Program-made: the position numbers and the translations under genes | Shown: positions 1-13,957 of the stretch, piece by piece | Numbering within the stretch: position 1 is the stretch's first letter | How the letters are laid out: each line of letters opens with the position of its first letter | Notes under the pieces: generated by a model | What the model was told of the DNA's origin: nothing | What the model saw: only the letters and a program-made list of their open reading frames with translations | The model's database searches: none | Source: Octopus sinensis | Taxonomy: Eukaryota | Reading direction: 5' to 3' | Length of the DNA stretch: 64,000 bases | NCBI RefSeq assembly: GCF_006345805.1 | Contig: NC_042999.1 | Span: forward strand, 84,940,001-85,004,000

Positions 1-494
1 GAATTTTTATTTTTATTTTTATTTTTCGGAGTTTGCAAACGTTCAGCTTTGTGACACACCCTGTATTCTATTTTAATATCGTATTATTTCTATTTTAATC
101 AATTAATTTAATTATACTTTCATTGAATTTATCTAATTTCGAAAGTTTTAAATTTATCAAAATATTAAAAAGACAAGCATTTCTCCAACTAAGGACATCT
201 GCTATTTCTGCTTCGATTTTTATGAGCCGTTGCTCATGTGCAAGTGTGTGTCTGTGTCTGTGTCTATGTGTGTGTATGATTCAGTATACTTTCAAGAGGA
301 TTCAGTACACTTTCCGCCTCCACATAGGCTGTGGTTGTCACTGTAAGGCTATCCATGAAACCCCTTTTTGGATGTTGTGGGTTGCCCGATTCCCTTGTTG
401 GCCATTGGGCTTCTTTATCGGCACTATTATGAAGAGTTCATTCTCATGATGAAAAGGATAGTGGTGAATTGTTCAACCAGGTATGATTCCTTTC

Positions 495-592
495 TCCAGG
501 TCTTGCTACCGAGTTGTAAACAAGGAAAAGTATAAAATCACGCTGGTGCTCCAACATCACTGCAGCCGCATAGCTGAAACAAAGAAAACAAA
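495..592 (-). mobile_element. 3' tail fragment of tRNA-derived SINE (family A)
   Basis: Reverse complement 'tgtttcagctatgcggctgcagtgatgttggagcaccagc' matches the tail 'tgtttcagtcatttgactgcggccatgctggagcaccgcc' of the fuller copies at 19026 and 42337. Confidence 0.55.
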
Positions 593-715
593 TGCATATA
601 TGCATGGTATGTATGTATATATGTATGTATGTATTTATGTATGTATTATGTATGTATATATGTAGTATGTGTGTATGTATGTATGTACGCATGCATGTAT
701 GTATGTGTGCGTGTG

Positions 716-1156
716 TACATACTCAGTGTATGTTTTTGTTTGTTCGTTGGATTTACTGCCGTATAGCCCTTAAGGACGACTCCCTCATAATGCTGAGTGT
801 TAAAATTCCTGAAAGTCATAGACAGGGAAAATAACTCAACTCCGATCGAATTCAGGAGTGAGGGATACCGATATTTCACCATTTTTGTGGCTTATCAACA
901 TCACATACATGAATCGGATCGGGGATGAATCGAATCACCAATCTCTGGCTATATAAACATAGCATGAAAATCATTTGCTGACGTGCCACGACAATGCACA
1001 TGGAAGATTAAATTCAACAAAGTGTTGTAAACATCATCCACTGCACATACACAATGTATGTGTTTTGTTTGTTCGCCGTAATTCGCTGCGGTATAGCGCT
1101 TGGGGACGACTCCCTCATAACGCTGGTTGTTAAAATACCTGACAGCCAAAGACAGG
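716..1156 (+). repeat. Dispersed direct repeat, two ~110-bp copies (716-826 and 1045-1156)
   Basis: Both copies read acata..tgtatgt.ttttgtttgttcg...gtatagc.ct..ggacgactccctcataa.gct..tgttaaaat.cctga.ag.ca.agacagg. Confidence 0.8.
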
Positions 1157-1229
1157 TGAGACAACAACATTCTGCACCACGATATAGAAAACGCAGATAA
1201 GCTGCAGAAACAGTATTGTTTAGTCTTCT

Positions 1230-2660
1230 TTAATCCTCGAGAGGTAAGCTACTTCAATGAAATCAACAACCAGTTCATCATTCCCCAGTTAACCTTCACT
1301 GTCTCAAACAACATTCCAGCAATAAATGAAACCAAATATTTTTCTGCAGTAGACCCTGATAGATTCCCCGCCCTTGTCATGAAGGAATAGACAACAACTT
1401 GCATCCTCTACTTGAGAGAAAATCTTTAGATTCTGGCTATGCACCCAAACATTGCTTATCCCATTCTCTCATCCCAGTTTTCAAAAGGAAAACCAGGTCT
1501 CTTGCAGTTAACTATCAGCTTGTTTCACTTATCTCTCATAAGACCAAATTATTTGAAAGGGTGGCGGGTTCAATAAAAAACTGGTCACCTAAAGACTAAC
1601 TAATTTCAACCAGTATAACTTTCGTTGCGGCAGAGATTGGCTTACGCAGCTTCTACAACACTTTGATAACTTCCTTAAAGTTTTGGGAAGACCTCAAATA
1701 CTCATCCTATATTTCTCACTTTACCAAACGTCCTGTTACTAAAAGTGTCCAACACTAGAATCCACGGAAAACTGCTGCACTGGACCAAGTGAATAGAACC
1801 TCACATGTTGTGATCGATGGAATCCATACAAGCCCAGTAAAATTCAGCAGTAGTGTTCCCCAAGGAATTGTATAGGCCCACTTCTCTTCATAGTATATAT
1901 GTACAGTAAATACGCCTATTCGCAGATGGCTCCAAGCTTCAGAAATTTATCAGTGGAGAAGACAGAATAAAACTCCTGTGTAATCTGTAAGTCAAGGAGC
2001 AGGGAGAACAACATATTGCTAAACGTGGAAAAATTTGAACTCATGCACTTTGGAAAAGAAAATGTACTCAAACAACCATACTCTCTTCCTTCAAGAGAAC
2101 TGCTTATTACATGCAACACTATCAGAGATTTAGGAGTAACTGTTGACAACAACCCTAGTTAGAGCCTTAACATTAACAATAATGTTGATATGGCTCGCAG
2201 GATGGGCTCTTAGACTCTCAGAGCTTTACAGTAGAGAGAATCAGAAGTCGTCAACAACTCCCTATTCTGTTTGTTTCTCTAGTCACACCTTGAATATTGT
2301 TGCCCCCTACGGTCACCGCATTCTAAACACAATTATGAGGAATAAGCAATTATAAAAAATAATTAATGGCATGACTGATTTTAATTATTGAAAATCTATT
2401 CCCTCCAACATCGCTGTGAGCAGTGTATCATTTGCAAAATATGGAGGAAATATCAACAGCACTGCCCAGATTATATTAATATTAACATCTAACCATTAAG
2501 ATCTAATGGCATACACCCACTTCACAATTCAGGCTCACAAAAGATAGCCACATTCCAACTCAATAACTTTTCCTTAACAACTCCTGCTCTTTTAAATATT
2601 ACCCCAAAACAACATCTACCTACTTAACTGGGTTATGGCACCACAGAAGTTGACTTTAAA
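1230..2660 (+). pseudogene. Degenerate CR1/L2/Jockey-group LINE reverse transcriptase, 3' part
   Basis: Translated pieces IPVFKRKTRSLAVNYQLVSLISHKTKLFERV, VIDGIHTSPVKFSSSVPQGIV..PLLFIVYM and IRDLGVTVDNN match non-LTR RT motifs (NYRPISL, SGVPQGSVLGPLLF, RDLGV). Stops and frameshifts present. Confidence 0.85.
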
Positions 2661-2738
2661 ATCATTTAACAGTTTGCACTATTAAGTTTGATACGGCCTG
2701 AACCAATTTTGGCGGAAACATTTCTAAGTTTACATTAA

Positions 2739-2780
<42 letters not shown>

Positions 2781-2939
2781 GTGTGTGTGTGTGTATGTGT
2801 GTGTGCGCGCATGTATGTATATGTATATATGTAAGTATGTATGTATATGTGTGTGTGTGTGTGTGCATGTGTGTGCATCTGTATATATAAATGTGTAATG
2901 GTGTCTGGGTGTGTGTGGTTAGGTTTACTCTAACTTCTT

Positions 2940-3570
2940 TCACACCGTCTAACCGATTTTAATGATTTGGGACACATAGATAGATCACATGTTCTGAAGT
3001 TCAAATAAGGACAGAATTTCTCGAAAACTCGATAATTCTTAGTTGGCATCGATTTTTGTGAGCTCAATCGAGCGTTTCAATGGAAATTCCCATAACGATG
3101 GTATTTTTCCTGCAGCTTTTGCATTTTCTATCCGATTTAGATGAAAATCGATGAGTAAGCGAGGCTCATGGCAATGAGCTGATATCAGTATATGGCGTTG
3201 ACAAAAAATAGATAATTGTGCCTGAGCAGTGGTTTTATAGAATCAATAGGCTTTTGCGTGCAAATGCCCATAGGGATTTTATTTTTGGCCGTAACTTTTA
3301 TAATTTTTATCCGATTTTAATGAAATTTGAGATGTAGGTACATGGATTCTTTTTTTATGACATAACCTTAACAATTTTCTTCGGTTTTTGCTGAGATTGG
3401 ACACGCTGATCAATTTTGTACAGAGAGCAGCATTAACGGGAGAGAAATAAACAAACATCACTCTCAACGGGTCGAGGTACACCCAAAAGTTTGACTGCGA
3501 TTTCAGGCGGTCCAGTATGTAGGGTTATGTCGAAAGCGTTAACCGGGTAAAATCCCTGCAGAACTAGATA
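2940..3570. mobile_element. Possible non-autonomous Helitron/Helentron-like element
   Basis: Internal repeat 'ccgattttaatga' (2953 and 3311), 'atgaaattt' motif and a CTAG near the end (gaactagata, ~3562-3570). No coding evidence. Confidence 0.3.
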
Positions 3571-3689
3571 TAACATCTTAATGGGTAGTAGTTGGCACGG
3601 GGAACGTAGATTTCAAAACAAGGTCAGTGATGAGCTTAATTTCAAGACGGAAAACATGAGCAACGCCGCGTCCAACAGCTTCGCTAGCC

Positions 3690-3870
3690 TCTGCACGCAT
3701 TTTTTTCTCTCCTTTCTGTGTTTCTTCTCTGTGTATCTTTCTGTCGAAGAGCGTAGGCTCGAAACGTAAAAGACTTGTTTTATTTATATTCCTGAGCGCC
3801 ATCCTAATACAATTGTTTGTTTGTATTCCACTTGCCTTCGTCTTTTGTTTATTTTCATAAAGCTTCTCGT
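3690..3870 (+). mobile_element. Penelope-like pseudo-LTR / 3' end carrying an HHR variant, abutting (TA)n
   Basis: HHR-like motif at 3736-3773 followed ~100 nt later by a (TA)n tract; same architecture as 63465-63633. Confidence 0.55.
3736..3773 (+). ncRNA. Minimal type I hammerhead ribozyme variant (A6U, extra A after A9)
   Basis: UCUUU-CUGUCGA-A-GAGC(GUAG)GCUC-GAAAC-GU-A-AAAGA: 5-bp stem I, 4-bp stem II, palindromic ACGU stem III, GUA site at 3768. Confidence 0.65.
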
Positions 3871-3908
<38 letters not shown>

Positions 3909-3917
3909 CATATATAA

Positions 3918-4012
<95 letters not shown>

Positions 4013-4019
4013 ATATACT
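3871..4019. repeat. (TA)n microsatellite
   Basis: Direct reading of the sequence. Confidence 0.95.
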
Positions 4020-5059
4020 TGTTTTCAAATTGTGCTATTAATATATTTCATGAATTAAAATAAAATTGAATATTAACATGTATTTGTCCTTATAACATTT
4101 TGAATTAGATATTTATGAAAATAAGCATTTATATTCATCATAAATACCATTTTATGCTTTTAATAATATTCCTTAATATTTATAAATAGTTTTAATTTGG
4201 AATATAAATCACCAAATATTAAAATTAATTTTCATTAATTTAATAGCTTATGTATTTTACTTTCCTTTCATATTTGTGTTGATAGCACATTGAGGCAAGA
4301 GGCATTCGATTTAGAAAATGCTAAACATAAAGAACCCAAGCAGTGCTGAAATGCTGAAACAAAAACTTAAATATTTTAATTGATAACTTATTCATCTTTC
4401 ATATCTAACTAAAATATTACGAATGTACATAAAAGTTTGTAATATTTTTCCCTCGGTATAATTACAGTTTATTGAATTATGCCAAATACTAGAGATATTT
4501 CTTTTGATAATGTGATATAATTGTTTGGGGCATATTGCCCGTTTTTGAATGAATTAGGAGGACAATTGAAGATTGATTGAAACAACTATAATTGCGTTTT
4601 ATGTCTTTTGTCATTACATATTAGAAGCGGATATTTCTATATCAAATGTTGTTAATTGTCGTTACTTTGAAGTAAAGTACATTGCAGAATATAAATGATT
4701 TCTGTTCTTAAGAAGAGACAATTGTAAGAATGGACCCAATCAAAAAACATGTGCAATGATCTTAAATGTTTGCCGCTACTTCTCTTTGTTCGGCAGTTTC
4801 AACGATCTTAAAGCTATGCTTAGAAGACATCACAATTGTCTTTACATGACAAGAATACCAACACAAATAAAGGAGGGACAGTGATGTATTCGGTATCATA
4901 TCACATTGGAGGATATTGATTCGTGGTTTACAAGAAATTGAAGGTCACGTTGATAAAACTCGATAATTGTTGAATGATTTTTTGGGATGTACAAAATGGT
5001 TTTCAAATAAATAGAATATCACACCCATTAACATATTTCTATTTGCCTATGTATGTTAC

Positions 5060-7480
5060 AGGTGCAAAGATACTCGGTGACACCATACAAACAAGAGAAG
5101 ACGAGAATAATTTATTTTTAAAAAATCATTTATTTATTAAGAAATCAACTAACTGCACAACATATTAGTATACTCTCTAAAGAACTCAAATCCACATATA
5201 TTAGTATACCCATGCATAGTATACTTTCTAAAGAACTCAAATTCACGCAACTACAACGAAATGTGAGACGACGTTTCTTAATTAAGACTCAAAGAAGAAT
5301 TGTGCGACAAGAAAGACTATGATGAATCGATGGTAAAAATACAACAGCAGCTGCAACTCACCAAATGGTAAGAACAAAACCGTCGACAATTTCAATAAAT
5401 ATATTCTGATTTACCCATTACAGTACACACACAAACAAAAAGACAAACTGAACTTCAGCTGGAATAAATGGGACGGTTGAAAAATATTTATAAAATTAAA
5501 AAACATTTTAAAGAAATAACAGTTACAGAGGCCGTTAAAGGAAATGCAGTAGTCTTAATGAATATAGAATATTATGAAAACTTTGTGTTGTCCATGTTAA
5601 AAGACTATGCATACTCTGAAAAGATCCAAAATTACAGTCAACAAAAAATAATGTGAAAACTAAGAATATTAATACACAAATATCGAGGACCCATCGACAA
5701 AGGCTATGATTGTATTACCAAATTCAGATGTAAACCTAGCCTCTTATATGACATACCAACTGTTAAAGGAAGTAAAGTTATGAGTTGAGCATGCAAAGCC
5801 GCCACTGTTATATACATCAATATCTCCTCACCAAATCTGAAATTGAGACGGATTACAACTGGTCCGATATGTGAAGGCAACTGTATGAGCAATTTCTTAG
5901 ATACCCTGCTAAAGCCATTCTTCATGCTTATCAGAAGTTTCATATGAGACGACTCAGATATATTAAACCACCGCCCGAAAACAGACAACATAGTGAAGCA
6001 TTATTAAAACATCCCTCAGAACTTAAATTCTAGTTGCATAATTATAAATGTGAGCACCCCCATCGCATGAAAAACGAATTTATGGTAGGACTAAAACTTA
6101 TTCTAGAAAACAACGATTTTATTCTCAATTATAAGGTTTTCCGACAAAACTCTGGGACAGCAATGGTGACGAAAACAGCCCCTTCCTTTATGAATTTAGT
6201 TATGGGCTACATAGAGATTATGTTGTACAAAAATAGTAGGGATATATGGAACCATTTTTCTATATACATTCAAGAAAATTAGAAAAGGCACCTCTACAAT
6301 TGCTTCCTTCTCTGGAATGATATCATAGAATAGCTAAAAGAATTTGAAGCAATCCGCAGTGGAATTAATAAAAGCATTCCATTCGCAATGGGATATAACC
6401 ATAACTAACTCTCTTTTTAGATATATTTTTAAAGAAAGTTAACGATCAAATAGAGACGGACATTTACTATAAACTACGGACTCCAAACAATATTTTGCAT
6501 TCATTTCATACCATCAAAGGCACATCAGAATAAATTTCCTTCATAACCTACCCAAAACGATGTAAGCCACCAAGAACTGAAAGATGCACTCCTTAACAGG
6601 AATTACCCAAGTCAAGAAATTAAGTATCCAGGGACTACGACAAATAGAACAAAGAAATAAATAGGAACTGAAGATCTTACTATACATTTCGACCTACAAT
6701 ACCCAAACTAATGAGGCCTACACCACTATTTCCTAAAGCACAGCAATATTAAGAAAGGGCCCCAAATTGAATCAAATTCTCCAAACATATATCATCATAA
6801 ATAGTAACATACAACCCAAATCAATGAAAAAAACACTAACGAATGCCTGACAAGGCACAATAACTGCAAAACGAACAATAAACGCGCAGAAGATTATGAT
6901 AGGTGCCTTAACTGTTCGTTTTGCAGTTGTTGTGTGATGTTAGGCGTTCGTTAATGTTTTTTTCATTGAGTGGAATCTGAAAACTTAATCTATGCAAGAA
7001 TACTTCAAGATGTGAAAAACAATACATTGATCTGACAGCAAACGCTTTGCAACAACGCATGATCCTACATAGATCTCAAAATATGGAAATGCAGTTACTG
7101 CATGCAAGTCACACCCATACTTTACGGCTTTACCTCTATATAAATTTAGCGATAACATAACTCAACGGCAACGCTTCACCAAAGAAATATTCTTCATAAG
7201 CAAAATCCAACCATGTTTAAATTCCTGAGACAAAGAAAGAGAGAAGACGATCACCAACTCTACTGCAACCCCTGATAAAACCACCACAACGACTGCTACT
7301 ACTTAGAAGGTCAAGTACTATAGACACTAGCTACTATCGCTAAAGCCTTACCTGTTGTTCCCTTCACTAACGGCCGATCACTACTGCTACTAACAGCTAG
7401 CCACTAACAATCAGAGAGAGATGAAATACCAGCACAATGATGTCTTTCTGAGAAAAATATCTTAACACCGATAAGTAATG
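5060..7480 (+). mobile_element. Penelope-like element, decayed RT plus GIY-YIG endonuclease
   Basis: EAVKGNAVVLM (ADKG motif), LKLRRITTGP..SNFLDTLLKPF, LILENNDFILNYKVFRQNSGTAMVTKTAPSFMNLVMGYIE, QIETDIYYK..DSKQY, QPKSMKKTLTNA, and SENLIY..CEKQYI..T...LQQRM..HR (GIY-YIG). Many stops and frameshifts. Confidence 0.88.
6821..6969. repeat. 62-bp inverted repeat (arms 6821-6882 and 6908-6969) inside the PLE
   Basis: The arms are reverse complements with 9 mismatches in 62 nt by manual alignment, separated by a 25-nt spacer. Confidence 0.9.
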
Positions 7481-7679
7481 TTATTAAATATGAATTTATT
7501 TTCATTTATTTCAATTTATTTTCTTGTTATTTGAGCATGACTAGATCGTCTTTTTAAAATGAACGAAAACAGTGGCATTTTACCTTAAAAATATAAATTC
7601 TGTTTTGTTCTTTTTACTTTCATAAAGTTTTCAAAGCATTTTCTTTATATTTTTCAAGATAAAATTTTCGCCTAAAACC

Positions 7680-8123
7680 TCTTAAACTAACCTTTATAAT
7701 GGTCATACCTTTGCCCCTCTGTACCAAACAACACTATCCACTCTGTTATGCTTATATTTGACAGATGTTTTGATGGGAATATTTCACCAATATTCCTTGA
7801 GCTGATGTTTATGAGTGTATTCCATAACAGGGATTTTCTAGGTTTATTTCAGGACAGTCTTTTTTTTCGGTTTGCATTGCAAATTGTTTTAGCAACTACA
7901 TCGTGCCGCATAGGGAGGTAGTACCGTGACGACATTTTAGCACAGGTGCTAATCACATGCGTGATGTCTTCCACAGAAACATGACATAGCCTACACATGC
8001 GGTTGCACCTTGGGATTACAAGAGCTACACTGTCTCTCTTATTCACCAAGTACTGTATGGTAGTCTCCTGTTCCTGGATTGCAAATGCACAGCCGTCGAA
8101 GTGTGATATGATGTAGTGTGCCT
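7680..8123 (-). pseudogene. RLE-type (R4/Dong-like) non-LTR retrotransposon C-terminus (CCHC knuckle plus restriction-like endonuclease)
   Basis: FAIQEQE...CRLCHVSVEDITHVISTCAKMSSRYYLPMRHDVVAK, then EYW*NIPIKTSVKYKHNRVDSVVW (HNRPD motif). Confidence 0.82.
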
Positions 8124-8620
8124 GTATGTATGTATGTATGTATGTATGTATGTATGCATGTATGCATGTATGTATGTATATATGTATGTATGTATGTATA
8201 TATGTATGTATGCATGTATGTATGTATGTATGTATGTATGTATGTATGTATGTATGCATGTATGCATGTATGTATGTATATATGTATGTATGTATGTATG
8301 TATATATGTATGTATGCATGTATGTATGTATGTATGTATGTATGTATGTATGTATATATGTATGTATGCATGTATGTATGTATGTATGTATGTATGTATG
8401 TATGTATGCATGTATGCATGTATGTATGTATATATGTATGTATGTATGTATGTATATATGTATGTATGCATGTATGTATGTATGTATGTATGTATGTATG
8501 TATGTATGAATGTATGTATGTATGTATGTATGTATGCATGTATGTATATATGTATGAATGTATGTATGTATATATGTATGTATGTATGTATGTATGCATG
8601 TATGTATATATGTATGTATG
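8124..8620. repeat. (TATG)n microsatellite with recurring CATG/TATA variant pattern
   Basis: ~500 bp; the variant block CATG-TATG-CATG...TATA...TATA...CATG recurs at ~8157, ~8257 and ~8409. Confidence 0.95.
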
Positions 8621-11274
8621 TAACATACAGTCTAATGGGCAGTTCTACATCTTGTGACTCTGACGCAGCATTTGCTCAGTTTTTCATTCCCACCCACTTA
8701 CAATGACCCCTATTGAAGCTGTAGTGACGGAGAAAGAAGATAGAAGCATATCAGAAGCTGACGGATGGACATAGTAGCTTTACCAGTATATTCAAATTTT
8801 CTCTCATGATACATTTAAAATCACCATTCTGCGATATATAATCGCCAATACACAAACTAGTTGTATATATTATCAGATTATATATACACTCACATATAAA
8901 CACGCATACACACACACAGACTATATATATACATATATCAGTGTCGAACGGAATTAATGCAGTTACTGATGTTTATATTCAACCAATATGAAGATGAAAG
9001 ACAAACACGACACCGGTGAAATTTGAACTTATACGATAAAACTGCATATATTTAATGTTTTTTCTGCAACATTCTACCGTTACGCTCCAAGAACAACCTT
9101 TTCAGTTAATATATATTAATTACGAGAATCTTCTTTGGAAAATACCATATTTCACTTAATGTTTACATCTCCGATTATGTAGAAATAGTTGAGTTGGATA
9201 AGGTTCTATTGTAGCCGAATTTCATCGATTTAATGCAAAAGATCGGAGATCAAGAGGTCAAGAGTGATGAGAACTTGAGTCTTTATAATCACGCCAAGAA
9301 TTTGACCTCTTCATTTTTGTTTTAAATGTTATATCATAAAATCTGCTCTGCTAGCAGAAGAATGTTTACTTTCCCAGACTGCTGCTTTTTATCAGCGCAT
9401 ATGAGATTATCAAAAGGTCGATAGTCGGGTTGACGGATGAGTGAGTGAACTGTGTTGGCTGTGATGGGTGAAAATGCTTAAACGAATATTGTTGCTTTCA
9501 TGAAGACAGTTTTATCATCAGCATTAGCAATTTACTTTTCAATCCCCATCAATATTTAATCAACCTATCGATTTCGATGATAGAAAATGGAAATGGCGTA
9601 TCGATCGTTTATCTATTCGAAGGTCAATAGCTACTTTGATTTCTTTGCTCTTACGTTATAGTTAGAATGGGGAATTTCGATAAGTTTGTTTGCTTGTTTG
9701 TTTGTTTGTTTTCAAATTTAATAACTTGGTTTACGCTGTTATCACTGCACATTGAATTATAGAACAATAAAACGGTCCAGTCTTATTTATCTTCTTTGCA
9801 GATTTTCCTTCAAGGAAGAATGAAGCTGACCAATAATTTGGCAGGCACGTATCTCATTTAGAAAGATAATCGTTTATTGATGCTTCTATGTGTTATCATT
9901 AGTTTAAAATAAGTTATATACAGGTTCGTCAAACTAATCATGATATAGCTGATTATGAATATGATCTATAAGATATAAGTTTTGCGGTTACTGTAACTGT
10001 ATTCTCCAGATATCATTGTTTTATACCAAAGGCATTCCAGTTGTGATCTTTTTCAGACCACGTATACCCACCACTATACTATGCAATGTGTCGTTTTTCA
10101 TTACACATGGCGAGTTTTGATTTCTGGAATACTTTGCTGTTATTTCTAGCAGATCAAGCGACAACATGGTGACTCGCTCGCTGGTTTCTAATCAAAGTTA
10201 TACGAAAGAAGATAAGAAAGTAAAGCAAACTATAAACAGAGTATAATATTTTCCCTCAGATTTCTGTCAAGATGCCAGTGGCTACGTTGCTGTATTTGTC
10301 TCCGAGTTGTGAAATTAATTACTTGTGATATTCTGGGATACTTTTCTTCGATTATAATCTACTCATTCATGTTCATCTTATGCATCAGTAATATAGATTG
10401 TTACTAAGTGATGTTATCTCAAAACAAAGACAAAGCAAAATATATATTCATAATCCAAGCTTTTTTTATTATTAGTTTCGTCTGGAGAAAGGAGACTGTG
10501 CACATTCACAGACCTTCAGAAATCAGCGAGAATTCAAATTAGAAAAACCTTTGCTTAAAATTTTGTAATTGATACGAGTTCAGGAAAGACGAATACGCGG
10601 TAGGAATTACAGAAATGCAGCATTATGGGGTGTGTGATGGTTAATGCAATGCCTAGGTTGATGAGCATGCTATCGATGTTAAGAGAAGAGAGAGACAAGT
10701 GAGTCCAATCTATCTGTGCTTGATGTGGAAGAAGAACAGCTAACACGGTGAAACAGACATCGATGTAGTTCCAGTGAAGAAAGAAAGCGATAACAGCTGT
10801 CAGAGGCTGGAGTAAGTTTATGAGTGTCATTATGTCACCCAATCAGATCTTCTTCCTCTGTATTTGTTCTAGTTTGACTGTGTTTTGTAAAGAATTAGTA
10901 GTCAGACTATCAAATAGTTCACAAATCTCTTACTCAAGTAGAAAACTTATATTAGACTATTTAAAGAAAGGTACACGTATTTCTCGCTTCGCCAATCCAG
11001 TTTGCAAAGCGTAAAATATACCGTACTGTAACGGATTTAGTGATCTATCCAAGAAACTGATGGTGTTTGTACTACTCTTTACGATTTCCTATGAATATCA
11101 AACTAATGGACAGATTTGCAATAGTACCGAGACACAGATAATCACAGACACAAATACTCACACGTCTACAATATAACACACGCATGTTGAAACACACACA
11201 TACACACACACACACATACACACACACACATACACACACATACACACACACACATATATACATATATATGATGG

Positions 11275-11566
11275 ACTCTTCCGTCGAAGACGACGTTCAG
11301 CGCTTTTGCTGAACAACCTGCACAAATGATTTGTTTATAGTGATCAAGTATATGTGCTGTACATTAGCTCTCTTCCTTCATCAAATCGATGTTGACTGAA
11401 CAGGTGCATAGTTTACCACGCGTCAGATGAAGAAGTGATCGCAAAGCAACATGAAATGAAATGCTTTGCTCAAGAACAAAACGCACGACCCAGTCTAGGA
11501 ATTGAAACCACGATCTCGATCTCGCCTTCATGAGTGTAATACCCTAACCACTTGACGATTCGTGCT
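11275..11566 (-). mobile_element. tRNA-derived SINE (family C), degenerate
   Basis: 'gctttgctcaagaacaaaacgcacgacccagtctaggaattgaaaccacg..taccctaaccact' is the reverse complement of a tRNA-like head with A/B-box remnants. Confidence 0.55.
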
Positions 11567-12585
11567 CACACACACACACGCGCACGCACGCACCCACGCA
11601 CATACAAGCACGTGCGCACGTCTGTGTGCTCGGAGATGACAGATTAAAAGGAATAACGTCAGACGACTTAGAATAAGGATCCCAGGATAAGAAGTTTGAT
11701 AGTTAAGATAATTAATGAATAACCGTGGATCCGACAAAATATATTCGCTTTCACAACAGATCCATTAGGGACGCTGCTTGTTCGATGCAGAGCTTTTGTA
11801 AGATTTGAATCGGTTGATTAATCAAATAACTAAGTTCTGATAAAATCGATTGTTTTCTGCAATTGACATTTGGCACAGTGATAGGAATATTGGTCGTAGA
11901 GAAAGTAAGGTTTTAAAGGATCCTAGTGAAATGTAGTTAGTAAGCACGCTTGACAAGAGGGAGCAGCATGTATACACATATGTGACAGGATCAAGGGAAT
12001 ATTACCAGGTCACTTAAAATAAAGTCCTTGCAGCAAGATTTTACAGAAGTAAAGAGGTTGAAGACTCGAGAGCATACGATGCTAGATTGTAACTCAAAGC
12101 CCTACAAGATTCATCGCTGCATGACGGATTAGACAATAAGGTCTTCAAAGATATGTTATAATTGGAGTCTATAGGAATTTAGCGTGGACAACTGAAGTAA
12201 TTAGTTTTATATCCAGTTGCTATCTCTTCTATCACTGCTAAACTGCTTTATGATCTGAATTAAATATTCTAAATGACTTGAGATACCAGTCCTGCCTTGG
12301 TTTTTGTTGTCCTTTTTCCTCTAATATAATATATACCTGCTAATTCGGAAGCCTAGTACGGATCCCTAGCTCCAGCCGCAGCTGTGAACTTGGGATCTAA
12401 CGGATGACCAATTATAGCACTTACTCAGCGTACCTCTTCGCTTAGATCACCAGTGAAATAAATGCCTCATTTTCTTTGCATGTGTGTGTGTGTGTGTGTG
12501 TGTTGTGTGTGTGTGTGTGCGTGTATGTGTGTATCATATATATATTCAAACCTTTAGTCAAATTTAGTTCACGACTGTAATTTTC

Positions 12586-12617
<32 letters not shown>

Positions 12618-12631
12618 CGTGTGTTTGTATG

Positions 12632-12662
<31 letters not shown>

Positions 12663-12809
12663 ATGTGTGTGTGTGTGTGTGCATGTATGTGTGTGTATGT
12701 ACGCAATCTCACTTAAACACATTCTTGTTAGAGTGAGAGTCGCACATACATAAGCACACGAAACACATCATCGAAACATCAAACGCGGCGAAGCACATTT
12801 TTGTTTCTC

Positions 12810-13075
12810 CGGACATCAGTTATTATCGTTTTATTGATTTATATAAGGGTGAGAGTTCGGTTTTGACAGTGTGAAGCTAATTTATTGGTCCCCAAGTTAT
12901 GTTAACAGTCGCAGATCGCTACAAATTTGGCACGGGTCGGGGATCAACAGTCCACTTCTACTTTTGCTTCTTATTACCAGTAGAACTTTTCCAACCCGCC
13001 CATCATCTGACATCTACATCATACGGAGGCGTGAGGTTCGTGAATGGGGTGATAGCAGGCTGTTAGCTTATAGTA
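12810..13075 (+). mobile_element. Unclassified interspersed repeat, possibly Helitron-derived
   Basis: 'atttatataagggtgagag' start and 'gatcgctacaaatttggcacgg' motif; ends at a (TA)n tract. Weak. Confidence 0.2.
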
Positions 13076-13087
13076 TATATAAACACA

Positions 13088-13957
<870 letters not shown>

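Noticed and set aside
9802-9848. Short candidate exon after TTCTTTGCAG
   Set aside because: Only a good acceptor; the donor is ambiguous and the peptide is unrecognisable.
10555-10842. Hydrophobic 95-aa minus ORF (faint adhesion-GPCR TM3 look) and an overlapping plus-strand pseudo-exon 10613-10698
   Set aside because: Only a 4-5 residue resemblance, a weak acceptor and no supporting neighbouring exons.
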